A stretch of 64,000 bases of DNA from positions 64,001 through 128,000 of the forward strand of contig CAWKKR010000011.1 of the NCBI GenBank assembly GCA_963850305.1. The letters run 5' to 3'. This DNA is from an uncultured delta proteobacterium (GTDB lineage Bacteria > Myxococcota_A > Polyangia > Polyangiales > Polyangiaceae). The position numbers were made by a program, and so were the translations under genes. The notes beneath the pieces were generated by a model. It made no database searches. It saw only the letters and a list, made by a program, of their open reading frames with translations, and had not been told where the DNA came from. Position 1 is the stretch's first letter. Each line of letters starts with the position of its first letter. Below, in pieces: positions 36,620 to 46,937 of the stretch.

Positions 36620-37777
36620 GTGATGGCTCCGGATCGTAAAGACGCGCGACCGGGAACGATCCGTCGCGGACGAGTCCTGTCCCGCGTCGCGTTCGTGGCC
36701 GCGCTCGCGATGTCGAACGCCTGCCGCCGCGACACGGCGCACGCCGCCCCGCCCGCCGCGTTGCCGAAGACGGTGGCCACTCCCACAAAAGCCGCCGCGC
36801 CTTTCGCGACGGAAAAGGTCGATTTCACGGCGCCGGCGATGGGCACCGAGGTCCATTTCGTCGCATTCACGACGCCGAAGCTCGACGCGCCGTCGATCCG
36901 CGCCGCGATGGAGCGCGCCCACGCGGAGATCAAGCGCATCGAAGGCATCATGACGTCGTGGCGCGACGACAGCGAGGTCGGCCAGATCAACTTGCACGCG
37001 GGCCAGCCGGTCAAGGTCAGCGACGAGACGATCGACGTCATCGAGAAGAGCAAATGGTCCGGCGACATCTCGTCCGGCGTGTTCGACATCACGTTCCACG
37101 CGCTCGGCGATCTCTGGAAGTTCGGCGATGCGGCCGAGGCAAATCCGAAATTGCCGGACCCGGCCGTCGTCGCCCGGCAGCGAAAATACGTCGACTACCG
37201 CAAGGTTGTCGTCGACCGCGCCGCGCACACGGTGAAAATCGAAAAGGGGATGAGTATCGATCTCGGTGGCATCGCCAAGGGCTACTCGGTCGATCGGGCG
37301 GCGGCCGTGCTGAAGGCGGCGGGGCTCACGAGCTTCCTCGCACAGGCCGGCGGGGATCTGTTCGGCGCGGGCCGAAAGCCGGATGGCGCACCGTGGGTGA
37401 GCGGCATTCAAGATCCGCGGCAGCCCCCCGGCGCTTTCTTCGCGACCATCGAGCTCACCGATCATGCGTTCTCGACGGCAGGCGACTACGCGCGCTCGTT
37501 CATCCTCGGCGGCCGGCGCTACCACCACATCATCGATCCGCGCACCGGCTATCCGGCAACCGCGAGCCGCAGCGTGACGATCTGGGCGCCCGACGCCTTC
37601 ACCGCCGACGCGATCGACGACGCCGTGTTCATTCTCGGGCCCAAGCGCGGCCTCGCGCTCATCGAATCTCTGCCGGGCACGGGCGCGGTCATCGTCGACG
37701 CACACAACAAGGTATGGGTGAGCCAACGCCTGGTCGGCAAAGTGCATGTCCTGCATCCGCCCACCGACGGGATCTGA
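36620..37777 (+). CDS. apbE: FAD:protein FMN transferase lipoprotein
   Basis: MGT, DLGGIAKGYSVD, GGD, STAGDY, HHIIDPRTG. Confidence 0.93.
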   Translation: MMAPDRKDARPGTIRRGRVLSRVAFVAALAMSNACRRDTAHAAPPAALPKTVATPTKAAAPFATEKVDFTAPAMGTEVHFVAFTTPKLDAPSIRAAMERAHAEIKRIEGIMTSWRDDSEVGQINLHAGQPVKVSDETIDVIEKSKWSGDISSGVFDITFHALGDLWKFGDAAEANPKLPDPAVVARQRKYVDYRKVVVDRAAHTVKIEKGMSIDLGGIAKGYSVDRAAAVLKAAGLTSFLAQAGGDLFGAGRKPDGAPWVSGIQDPRQPPGAFFATIELTDHAFSTAGDYARSFILGGRRYHHIIDPRTGYPATASRSVTIWAPDAFTADAIDDAVFILGPKRGLALIESLPGTGAVIVDAHNKVWVSQRLVGKVHVLHPPTDGI

Positions 37778-37870
37778 CTCGCCAGCAGGCCGCGGAACGC
37801 GAGGTCACCTCATCGATTCCGTCCGCGGCGGACGACCGGAACGAGGTCACCTGTTCGATTTCGCGCCGTC

Positions 37871-38401
37871 TCACTCTTCGTCGACGCCCTCGTCCTCGGC
37901 GCTATCGAAGAGCGTCCCACCCCTTACCGGAATCGCGCGCGCGGCCGCGACGTATTCGAGCGCCATGGCGAGCGCGTCGCGGTCCTCCACTTCCGGCAAG
38001 TACGCACGGCTGCCGTCCCAGAGGTCGAACGCGATGATCGACGACGGGTCGAACACGATCTGTTCGATCTGCGGCCACCTGTAGCGCCGCGCCTTGGGCA
38101 CGATGAGATTCACGACATCCCGCGCCTCGACCCCGTCCGGACGGATGCGCACCCCGCGCATTCCCGCGCGAACCACCGACGCGAGCGAGCTGATGACGAG
38201 AATGACGGCGAAGGTCTGGATGCTCATGACCCGCGCCCGATCTTCCTCGACCACGTAGTGGAATAGCCAGGTTCCAGTGGCGCTTTGCTCACCGAGGACC
38301 ACGAGTGCGCCCGTGGCGAGCGCCGCCAGGAGATACAAGATGGACGGAACGCGCGCCAGGAAAGGCGGCCCGAAGACCGTCTCCCGGGGCCGGTAACTCA
38401 T
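37871..38401 (-). CDS. Hypothetical membrane protein (2 TM + PH-like domain)
   Basis: Two hydrophobic helices followed by 'GVRIRPDGV..YRWPQI'. Confidence 0.7.
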   Translation of the reverse strand: MSYRPRETVFGPPFLARVPSILYLLAALATGALVVLGEQSATGTWLFHYVVEEDRARVMSIQTFAVILVISSLASVVRAGMRGVRIRPDGVEARDVVNLIVPKARRYRWPQIEQIVFDPSSIIAFDLWDGSRAYLPEVEDRDALAMALEYVAAARAIPVRGGTLFDSAEDEGVDEE

Positions 38402-38565
38402 GTCGAAGCCGGGCGGCCGCGACCGTCGCGCCATTCCCCGGAACGTACAGCGAAACCGCGCGGAGCGCCTTTCGGAACGCCGCCACCCTTGCGCCGGACT
38501 AGCCGTGGGGTTACCGAAAACGTGAAGGTTACAAGAATTCCAAACGATCGAGCGGAGGCGAAACC

Positions 38566-39213
38566 ATGAAATTCTTCATCGACAGCGGAGACATTGGAGA
38601 GATCAAAGAGGCCGCGGCGATGGGCGCGATCGACGGCGTGACGACGAACCCGTCGCTCCTCGCGAAAGCCGGCGTGCCGACCAAGAAAGCCATCGTCCAG
38701 ATCTGTGAGGTGGTCGACGGCCCCGTGTCGGCGGAAGTCATCGCGACGGACACGGCGGGTATTCTCGCGGAAGGTCGCGTCCTCGCGAAGCTGCACCCCA
38801 ACGTCGTCGTGAAGGTGCCGCTCATCCCGGATGGCCTCAAGGCGGTGCAGGTGTTTTCGAAGGAGGGCACTCGCACGAACGTGACGCTGTGTTTCTCGCC
38901 GACGCAGGCGATCTTTGCCGCGAAGGCGGGCGCGACGTTCGTCTCGCCGTTCATCGGTCGCCTCGACGACATCGCCGACGAAGGGATGGATCTCATCGAG
39001 AAGATCGTCACCATCTTCGGCAATTACGACTACGACACGGAAGTGCTCGTCGCGAGCGTTCGGCACCCGGTGCACGTCGTTCAGGCCGCGCTCATTGGAG
39101 CTGACGTATGCACGATCCCCTTCAAGGTGATCACCCAGCTCGTCAAACATCCGCTCACCGACGCCGGGCTCGCCAAGTTCCTCGAAGACGCGAAGAAGAT
39201 CCCGAAGGACTGA
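38566..39213 (+). CDS. fsa: Transaldolase / fructose-6-phosphate aldolase
   Basis: [36 protein letters not shown]. Confidence 0.95.
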   Translation: MKFFIDSGDIGEIKEAAAMGAIDGVTTNPSLLAKAGVPTKKAIVQICEVVDGPVSAEVIATDTAGILAEGRVLAKLHPNVVVKVPLIPDGLKAVQVFSKEGTRTNVTLCFSPTQAIFAAKAGATFVSPFIGRLDDIADEGMDLIEKIVTIFGNYDYDTEVLVASVRHPVHVVQAALIGADVCTIPFKVITQLVKHPLTDAGLAKFLEDAKKIPKD

Positions 39214-39221
39214 GCGGCCGC

Positions 39222-39875
39222 GTGCCGGTCGTCGTTTTCCGGAATGCGCCACGGTCGCCGTCGCTCGACGCGCGCGCCGTGAAGCGTCGCGCGGAGTCGA
39301 TGCTCGCGTCGATCGGTGAGTCGCGCGCGGAGCTGTCCGTGATGTTGACGGACGACGCGAGCATTCACGAGCTGAACCGCAAACATCGGCGCAAATCCAG
39401 GCCCACGGACGTGCTCGCGTTCCCGATGGACGAGAACGGCGAAGGGCCGAGTCGCGCCGTGCGATTGCTTGGCGACGTCGTGATCTCGCTCGACACCGCC
39501 GCCCGCCAGGCGCGCGAACGGCGAAGGGCCCTCATGGATGAAGTCGTGCATCTCCTCGCGCACGGCCTCCTGCACCTGGTCGGCTACGACCACCATACGG
39601 ACGCGGATGAACGCCGCATGAACGCCGCGGCCGAGAAGCTCATCGCCGCTGCAGACCGTCGCGACGCCGGCAAAACCCGACTTACCGCGACGCTTGCGGA
39701 AATCGACCCTAAGGCCGCGCTCTCGTTGAACAAGTTTACCCTCGGATCAGGCTATTTTCAGCCGATTTCGCTCGCTCGACATGAACCCGGACGGCGACCC
39801 CGTGTGTGTCCATTCGGTACATCCGCGGGGAGTCCTCGCCGCGACCGATCGAGGATCCCGCCTAATTTCCCTTGA
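39222..39875 (+). CDS. ybeY: rRNA maturation RNase YbeY (C-terminal extent uncertain)
   Basis: LNR..R....PTDVLAF, LGDVVIS, HGLLHLVGYDH. Confidence 0.9.
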   Translation: MPVVVFRNAPRSPSLDARAVKRRAESMLASIGESRAELSVMLTDDASIHELNRKHRRKSRPTDVLAFPMDENGEGPSRAVRLLGDVVISLDTAARQARERRRALMDEVVHLLAHGLLHLVGYDHHTDADERRMNAAAEKLIAAADRRDAGKTRLTATLAEIDPKAALSLNKFTLGSGYFQPISLARHEPGRRPRVCPFGTSAGSPRRDRSRIPPNFP

Positions 39876-40003
39876 AAGGCAAAAGGGGGCCTGTTATCGG
39901 TCAACGCGCCTTTGGTGATTACGAGCGTGCGGAACCGAGTCCGGCGCGTGACACTTGAGGGCGGGAAACGCCGTTCGAAGGACTTTTTCAGGAGGAAGTG
40001 GCT

Positions 40004-40315
40004 ATGGCTGGCAAGAGACTGACCAAGGCTCAGGTCATCGCAGAAGTTTCGGGTACGACAGAGCTCGACAAGAAGAGCGTCGCGCGAGTGTTCGATGCGC
40101 TGCAGGATCTCATCCGCAAGCAACTCACGGGTCGTGGTCCGGGCGAGTTCGTCGTTCCGGGTCTCGTGAAGCTCCGCGTGGTGAAGAAGCCTGCAACGAA
40201 GGAACGCCCGGGCATCAACCCCTTCACGAAGGAACCGATCACGATTGCGGCGAAGCCGCCGAGCAAGAAGGTTCGCGCGACGGCGCTCAAGAACCTGAAG
40301 GACCTCGTCCAGTAA
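40004..40315 (+). CDS. HU-family DNA-binding protein
   Basis: LTKAQVI, 'KPATKERPGINPFTKEPITIAAKP'; RBS ggagg. Confidence 0.93.
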   Translation: MAGKRLTKAQVIAEVSGTTELDKKSVARVFDALQDLIRKQLTGRGPGEFVVPGLVKLRVVKKPATKERPGINPFTKEPITIAAKPPSKKVRATALKNLKDLVQ

Positions 40316-40395
40316 GGGCCGCCGCGACAACGCGGTGATTCTGCCCTCGGGAGATCCCCGGCGTTCCGAGAGGACGTCGGGGATTTTCAATTTCG

Positions 40396-41181
40396 ATGCA
40401 GCCCATCGGTACGATTTCCGGCGAAGAGGCACGCGGCCTTCGTGCGTTCCTGTTCGACCTGGACGACACCCTCCTGGACCACGGTCGCCTCACCGAGCGA
40501 GCGTACGCTGCGCTGTTCCGCCTGAAAGAGAGCGGGCTCGTGCTCGTCGCCGTCACGGGGCGGCCTTCGGGGTGGGGCGAAGTCCTCGCGCGCCAGTGGC
40601 CGGTCGACGGAGTCGTCGCGGAGAACGGCGCGATCACGTGCGCGCGTAACGACGGCCACGTCGACGTGATCGACTTCGCCGGAACCGAGCGAGCCTCGCG
40701 CGCCCGGCACCTCGGCGCCATCGTCGGGGAACTGCGCGACCGCTTTCCGACATTACGCCCGACGGACGACATGGCCGCCCGGCGTGCCGACTTCACGTTC
40801 GACATCGGTGAACGCGAGCGCGTGACGGACGACGTCATCGCCGCGGCGTGTTCCTTCGCGTCGGCACGCGGCGCGCGCACGTCCACATCGAGCGTGCACC
40901 TGCACGTCACCCTCGACGGCCTCGACAAGGCCTCCGGCGTGGCGCGCTTTCTCAGCGAGCGCTTCGGTTTCGACGAGACGGCGCTCTTGCACCATGCCGC
41001 CTTCATCGGCGACAGCGAGAACGACGAAGCTTGCTTCTCCGCGTTCCACACGACGATCGCCGTCGCGAACCTCCGAGGCCGTCCGACGGTCGCGCCGCGG
41101 TACGTGACGAAGGGCGAGCGCGGAACGGGGTTCGCGGAAGCGGCGGGGACCGTCGTCGCGCGGCGGGGACGCACCGTTTGA
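40396..41181 (+). CDS. HAD-IIB family hydrolase
   Basis: DLDDTL, VTGR, AENG, DK, IGDSEND. Confidence 0.9.
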   Translation: MQPIGTISGEEARGLRAFLFDLDDTLLDHGRLTERAYAALFRLKESGLVLVAVTGRPSGWGEVLARQWPVDGVVAENGAITCARNDGHVDVIDFAGTERASRARHLGAIVGELRDRFPTLRPTDDMAARRADFTFDIGERERVTDDVIAAACSFASARGARTSTSSVHLHVTLDGLDKASGVARFLSERFGFDETALLHHAAFIGDSENDEACFSAFHTTIAVANLRGRPTVAPRYVTKGERGTGFAEAAGTVVARRGRTV

Positions 41182-41216
41182 TCGCCCGCGTCCAACCAGT
41201 GTAGATCCAGAACCAG

Positions 41217-43647
41217 GTGCGCATCAGGGTAAGGCAGTGGGCCCGCGTAGCCCGGCGAGTAGGGCTCCCGCTCTCGCTCTTCGCCGCGATCGCCGTCTTC
41301 GGGTTTGTCGTCAACGGCCACTATCCTGCGTCGCGCTGGCTCTTCTGGCGGTACGGTGAGTACTGGGCAGCCGCTACGTTCTGGGGCGCTGCGTGCGTCG
41401 TGGGTGGTGACGCGCTCGCTCGACGACTGATGCCCGACCTCCCCGCCTCGGAACGTCTCGTCGGCGCGCTGAGCGCCGGGCTGCTCGTTTTCTTCCTGGG
41501 CATGTTCTTCGGCGGGCTGCTGCACCTCTACGGGCACGCGTTCTTCTTCGCCTGGCCGCTCGTGATGATTGCGGCCGGGGGGCGCAATTTCGCTTCCTTC
41601 ACGCGACGGCTGGGACGTCACGTCCTCGCGAGACGTCGTCGCTCACCTCCATCGCTCGTCGAAATCGGGATCGTGCTGTTCGGCCTCGCAGGGGTCGGCA
41701 TGATTCTATTTCAACATCCTCACGCCGGGGAACATCGCCGCGGATGCTTACTGGTACCACCTGGCCATCGCGGAGCATTACGTCGCGGCGGGCGGAGTCG
41801 AACGGTTTCGAGAGGGTTGGTATCAGGGCACGCTCCCTCACCTGGCGAGCTTCATTTACACGTGGGCTTACCTGTTGCCGGCGAGCACCGCGTTCGACCG
41901 CGTCGAACTTTCTGCGCACCTCGAATTCGTCGTCTTCCTCTGGACGCTCTTTTCCATTCCGGTGCTCGTTCGTCGGGCGACCTCGGCGGCGCTCCGAAAG
42001 ATCGCTCGACGCACGAGCGCACCACGAGGGAAGGCTCGCTCATCGCTGCTCTCGGCCTGGGCAGCATTGTTTCTTTTTCCCGGCATCTTTCTCTACGACT
42101 CGTCTCTGAGCGCTGCTGCAGACCACGTCGCCGCCTTTTGGGCCGTGCCCATCATGCTCGCGCTACTGCGTGCGCTTCGCGCTCCGACCCCCAGAAACTC
42201 ATTCCTGCTCGCCGTTCCGATGGCTGGGGCCCTGCTCACCAAGTACCAGGCGGTGGCGCTGGTTGCGTTCCCCGCCGCCGCCTTTCTCGCGCGGGCTACG
42301 TGGCTGGTCTTCCGTGGTGATCCAACACGACGTCACCTGAAGCCTCTGCTCGGTCTCGTGACGATGGCCGTCGCGGGAGCCGTGCTCACCGCGCCTCACT
42401 GGCTCAAGAATCTCATCTGGTACGGGGACCCGGTCTACCCGTTTCTCCACCGCTACCTGCACGAGCGACCGTGGACGGCGGACTCCGCGAACCTGTTCGA
42501 AGAGGTCTTCAAACACCAACTCTGGCGTCCGACCGGCACCACGGCCGCGCAACTCGAGGAGACGTTGAAGGCCCTCGCGACCTTCTCGTTCGTGCCGCAC
42601 GATTGGCCTCGATTTCATGGAGCAGTGCCAGTTTTTGGTTCGCTCTTCACGCTGTCGGTCGTCCCCCTTCTCTTTCTGCGAAGAACGGCGCGCCTGTGGC
42701 TGATAGTTGCAGCAGCCCACGTTGGAGTGTTCATCTGGTATTGGACGTCGCACCAAGATCGCTACTTGCAGGCGCTGCTGCCGTGGATGGCCGTCGTCGT
42801 GGCGGGAACGATTCGCCTCGCCTGGGAACAGGGTCTCGCCAGTCGAGCGGGCCTGGGTCTGCTCGGTGGGCTTCAGATCATCTGGGGAGGCGACGTATAT
42901 TTCCTGCCCACTCATGCCGTCCTCGGCACGGCTCCCGCCAAGGTGGTGATCGATCTTCTTTCGACGGGGTACCGGAAGGACTTCGCGGCCAGAGAGAACG
43001 TCTATAGCGCCTTCACCGAGATCGCGACCGCCCTGCCGGCGCATTCGAAGGTGCTGGTCCACGACAGGCACGATCACCTCGGCATCCAGGCAATGTCCGT
43101 TGCGGACGAGGGACCGTGGCAGGGTGGCATCAGCTACGGACGCATGACGTCCCCGCGCGCATTTTACGACGAAATGCGCGAGCTCGGTGTGACGCATTTC
43201 GTCTGGCGTGCGCAGGCAAGCACGGGCACGGACAGCCTCGCGGGCGATCTGGTGTTCTTCGCATTCATGACGCGTTACGCGGGGGCCGCTCGGTCGTTCT
43301 CGGGAACGATGCTCGCCAGCATGCCCTCGGAGCCGCCGCCCACGGTCCGGTGGCTCGACTCTCGCGTCGCGGTCTTCATGTGCTCGGAAGGGTACGCTCC
43401 CGGACTCTATCGGCTCGGGGACCTCACGGTGCCGACGGTCGGTCCGCGGCATTACCCACGCCCGCGTGAGCGGCTCAAGCGCCACGTCAGCGCAATGAGC
43501 CTGGTCGACGAAAGCCAGTTCATCGCCTGGGACCGGAAATGTCGACCGCGCGTTTCGCTCGCGCCTGGCTCGGCATTTCAGAAAGTCGCCGTGCGGAACG
43601 GGACCGAGCTGTGGGTCCGCGTCCGCCACGAGGGAGCGCCTGAATGA
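41217..43647 (+). CDS. Polytopic membrane protein, putative GT-C glycosyltransferase, paralog 1 (about 809 aa after correcting a +1 frameshift at about 41705)
   Basis: Colinear with 43644-46058; 'DAYWYHLAIAEHY', 'LLTKYQ', 'WLKNLIWYGDPVYPF', 'QDRYL'. Confidence 0.75.
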
Positions 43648-46058
43648 AACGGTGGGGCGGAGCAGTCCGTCGAGTGGGACTCGCGGCGTCATTGCTGGCG
43701 GGGGCTGCCGTATTCGGGTTCGTGGTGAACGAGCATTACCCGATCTCGCGCTGGCTCTTCTGGCACTACGCCGAATACTGGGCGGCCGCGGCGTTCTGGA
43801 CGGCCGCGTGTGGAGCTGCCGGAGACGCTTTCGTTCGGCGGCTCGTGCCGGAACTCCCCGCGTCCGAGCGCCTCGTGGGCGCGCTCAGCACCGGCCTCCT
43901 CGTCTTCTTTCTGGGCATGTTCGCGTGCGGGCTGCTGCACGTCTACGGCGCGATCTTTTTCTTCGCGTGGCCTCTCGCGATGCTGGGACTCGGCGGGAGA
44001 GGATTTTTTCGTTTCATGAGACGCCTGGGGCGTCATGTTCTGGCGAAACATCGTCGCTCATCGGTATCGCTCGTCGAAGTCGCCGTCGTTCTGTTCGGTC
44101 TGGTGGGCGTCGGGATGGTCTATTTCGAGATTCTCACACCCGGAAACGTCGCGTTCGACTCGCGCTGGTATCACCTCGCCATCGCAGAGCATTACGCTGC
44201 GGCGGGCGGGGTCGAACGTTTCAGCGAGGGCTGGTACCAGGGCGCGCTCCCCCACCTGGCCAGCTTAATCTACACATGGGCTTACCTTCTGCCTGCGAGC
44301 TCGGCTTTCGATCGCGTCGAGCTCGCTGCACACCTCGAGTTCGTCGTCTTCCTGTGGACGCTCTTCTCCATCCCCGTCCTCGTCCGCTGGACGATCGCTC
44401 GCGCACTTCACGACGTCGATCGTGACCGAAACGCGCATCCGAACGCTAGCGCATCGCAACTCTCGACGTGGGCCGCGGTCTTCGTGTTCCCCGGCATCTT
44501 TCTTTACGACTCATCGTTGGGCGGAGCCGCGGACCACATAGCCGCGTTCTGGGCCGTGCCCATCTTGCTGGCGTTCGTACGGGCCTGTCGCAGGCCCAGT
44601 CCGAGGAATTCCTTCTGGTTTGCCTTGCCCCTGGCAGGAGCGCTGCTCACCAAGTACCAGTCCGCTGCCCTGGTCGCATTTCCGGCGCTGGCGTTCGTCG
44701 CGCGCGTCACATGGCTCGTTCTTCGTCGCGATCCGAAGCGCACCTCGTCTCGTTTTCGGCCTCTGCTCGGGCTGATGACGACAGGCGTGGCGGGGCTGGT
44801 GCTCACCTCGCCCCACTGGCTGAAGAACTGGATCTGGTACGGCGACCCCATCTATCCGTTCCTCTATCGCAACCTGCACGTTCGACCCTGGACGGTCGAC
44901 TCTGCGAACTTCTTCGAACACGTGTTCAAGGGGGAGCAACTCTGGCGCCCGGCCGGCACGGTCGCCGAGCAACTCGAAGAGACGCTGAAGGCAATACCGA
45001 CCTTTTCATTCGTCCCGCACGATTGGTCGACCTTCCACGGCACCGTTCCCGTCTTCGGTTCGCTCTTCACGCTGACCCTCTTGCCCCTGCCCTTTCTCCG
45101 AAAAGCGGGGCGCCTCTGGCTGGTAGCAGCGTCGGCAAACACCGGCGTGTTCGTCTGGTACTGGATGTCGCACCAGGATCGGTATCTGCAAGCTTTGCTT
45201 CCGTGGATGGCCGTCGTGGTCGCGGGCACGGTCCGTCTGGTGTGGGCACGAGGGCGAGTGAACCGTATCCTGCTGACACTCCTCGTGGCACTGCAGATCA
45301 TCTGGGGCGGCGACGTCTATTTCCTGCCGACGCATGCGATGCTGGGGACCGCTCCCGCGAAGACGGTCATCGACCTTCTCTCATCCGGATATCGGAAGGA
45401 CTTCGGCGCGCGGGACAATCCATTCGGTGTCTTCGGCGAGGTTGCGGCTCGTCTTCCGCCGCACGCAAAGGTGCTCGTCCACGATAGGCACGATCACCTG
45501 GGCATCCAGGCGATGTCCGTCGCGGATGAGGGGGCATGGGTCGGTGGTATCAGCTACGGACGCATTGCGTCCCCGCGCGCTTTCTACGATCAGATGCGCG
45601 GCATGGGCGTGACCCATTTCCTGTGGTCTTCGCACTCCAACGGGGCCGATAGCCTGGCAGGGGATCTCGTATTTTTCACATTCATGGCTCGCTACGTGGA
45701 GGGCACACAGTCGATTTCTGGCCTGTTCCTGTCCAAGATGCCGTCCGATGCGCCGCCGGCGAGTCCGTGGCGCGAGTCGATGGTTGCGGTCTTCATTTGT
45801 TCCGAGGGATACGCTCCGGGGCTCTATCGCTTGCGCGATCTCACGGTCCCGACGGTCGGTCCGCGTCGCTACCCGCGCCCACGCGAGAGACTCGGAGCAG
45901 ACATGAACCCCATGAGCCTCGTCGAGAAAAGCCAGTCCGTCGCGTGGGGCCCGAAGTGCAAACCGCACGTATCGCTCACGCTCGGATCGCCGTTTCGAAA
46001 GGTCGCGGGGCGAGCCGGAAACGAGCTCTGGGTGCGCACCGACGCGCCGCCGCGCTGA
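43644..46058 (+). CDS. Polytopic membrane protein, putative GT-C glycosyltransferase, paralog 2
   Basis: More than 12 hydrophobic segments; 'DSRWYHL', 'KYQ', 'KNWIWYGDPIYP', 'RYL'; ATGA overlap. Confidence 0.78.
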   Translation: MKRWGGAVRRVGLAASLLAGAAVFGFVVNEHYPISRWLFWHYAEYWAAAAFWTAACGAAGDAFVRRLVPELPASERLVGALSTGLLVFFLGMFACGLLHVYGAIFFFAWPLAMLGLGGRGFFRFMRRLGRHVLAKHRRSSVSLVEVAVVLFGLVGVGMVYFEILTPGNVAFDSRWYHLAIAEHYAAAGGVERFSEGWYQGALPHLASLIYTWAYLLPASSAFDRVELAAHLEFVVFLWTLFSIPVLVRWTIARALHDVDRDRNAHPNASASQLSTWAAVFVFPGIFLYDSSLGGAADHIAAFWAVPILLAFVRACRRPSPRNSFWFALPLAGALLTKYQSAALVAFPALAFVARVTWLVLRRDPKRTSSRFRPLLGLMTTGVAGLVLTSPHWLKNWIWYGDPIYPFLYRNLHVRPWTVDSANFFEHVFKGEQLWRPAGTVAEQLEETLKAIPTFSFVPHDWSTFHGTVPVFGSLFTLTLLPLPFLRKAGRLWLVAASANTGVFVWYWMSHQDRYLQALLPWMAVVVAGTVRLVWARGRVNRILLTLLVALQIIWGGDVYFLPTHAMLGTAPAKTVIDLLSSGYRKDFGARDNPFGVFGEVAARLPPHAKVLVHDRHDHLGIQAMSVADEGAWVGGISYGRIASPRAFYDQMRGMGVTHFLWSSHSNGADSLAGDLVFFTFMARYVEGTQSISGLFLSKMPSDAPPASPWRESMVAVFICSEGYAPGLYRLRDLTVPTVGPRRYPRPRERLGADMNPMSLVEKSQSVAWGPKCKPHVSLTLGSPFRKVAGRAGNELWVRTDAPPR

Positions 46059-46067
46059 GGCATTCCG
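45946..46067 (+). repeat. 122-bp direct repeat, copy 1 (gene 3' end + 9 bp)
   Basis: Matches 46756-46877 with 2 mismatches. Confidence 0.97.
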
Positions 46068-46111
46068 ACTGCTCCCCTCCCCAACCCGCCCCTCGGAGTA
46101 CCGGTCTACCC

Positions 46112-46752
46112 GCCGTGGTAACCACTTCACGCGCCGTGAGGACACCTCCGTCGGCCGTGATACCCCCTTCACACGCCGTGAGGAGGCGTCCGTCGGCCGT
46201 GAGACCCGCTTCACACGCCGTGAGGACACCTCCGTCGGCTGTGATACCCGCTTCACACGCCGTGAGGACGCGCCCGTCGGCAGCGCGGACGCGTTCTCAC
46301 GGCCGTGATACCCACTTCACGCGTCGTGAGGACACCTCCGTCGGCCGTGATACCCACTTCACGCGCCGTGAGGAGGCGTCCGTCGGCCGTGATACCCGCT
46401 TCACACGCCGTGAGGACACCTCCGTCGGCCGTGATAACCCCTTCACACGCCGTGAGGACGCGCCCGTCGGCAGCGCGGACGCGTTCTCACGGCCGTGAGA
46501 CCCGCTTCACACGCCGTGAGGACGCGTGCCCGTCGGCCGTGAGACCCGCTTCACACGCCGTGAGGACACCTCCGTCGGCCGTGGTAACCACTTCACGCGC
46601 CGTGAGGACGCGCCCGTCGGCAGCGCGGACGCGTTCTCACGGCCGTGAGACCCGCTTCACACGCCGTGAGGACACCTCCGTCGGCCGTGGTAACCACTTC
46701 ACGCGCCGTGAGGACGCGTCCGTCGGCCGTGGTAACCGCTTCACGCACCGTG
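46112..46752 (+). repeat. Higher-order tandem array of about 30 x 21-bp units
   Basis: GCCGTG recurs every 21 bp; alternating A/B units plus three 22-bp C units. Confidence 0.97.
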
Positions 46753-46755
46753 CAA

Positions 46756-46877
46756 GGGGCCCGAAGTGCAAACCGCACGGATCGCTCACGCTCGGATCGG
46801 CGTTTCGAAAGGTCGCGGGGCGAGCCGGAAACGAGCTCTGGGTGCGCACCGACGCGCCGCCGCGCTGAGGCATTCCG
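46756..46877 (+). repeat. 122-bp direct repeat, copy 2
   Basis: Offset 810 bp from copy 1. Confidence 0.97.
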
Positions 46878-46937
46878 TGTCTTGCGCCCGATGCCCCCCC
46901 GTTTCCCGTCCCCTTCCGCAATGCTAAGGAGACGCCC

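Noticed and set aside
39660..39875. Novel C-terminal domain on YbeY
   Set aside because: The tail looks like read-through into the HU promoter region and has no recognisable motif
46112..46752. CRISPR array
   Set aside because: No unique spacers; contiguous 21-bp units; no cas genes in the window
45946..46877. DGR template/variable repeat pair
   Set aside because: The differences are T/G and C/G rather than adenine-specific, and there is no reverse transcriptase in the window
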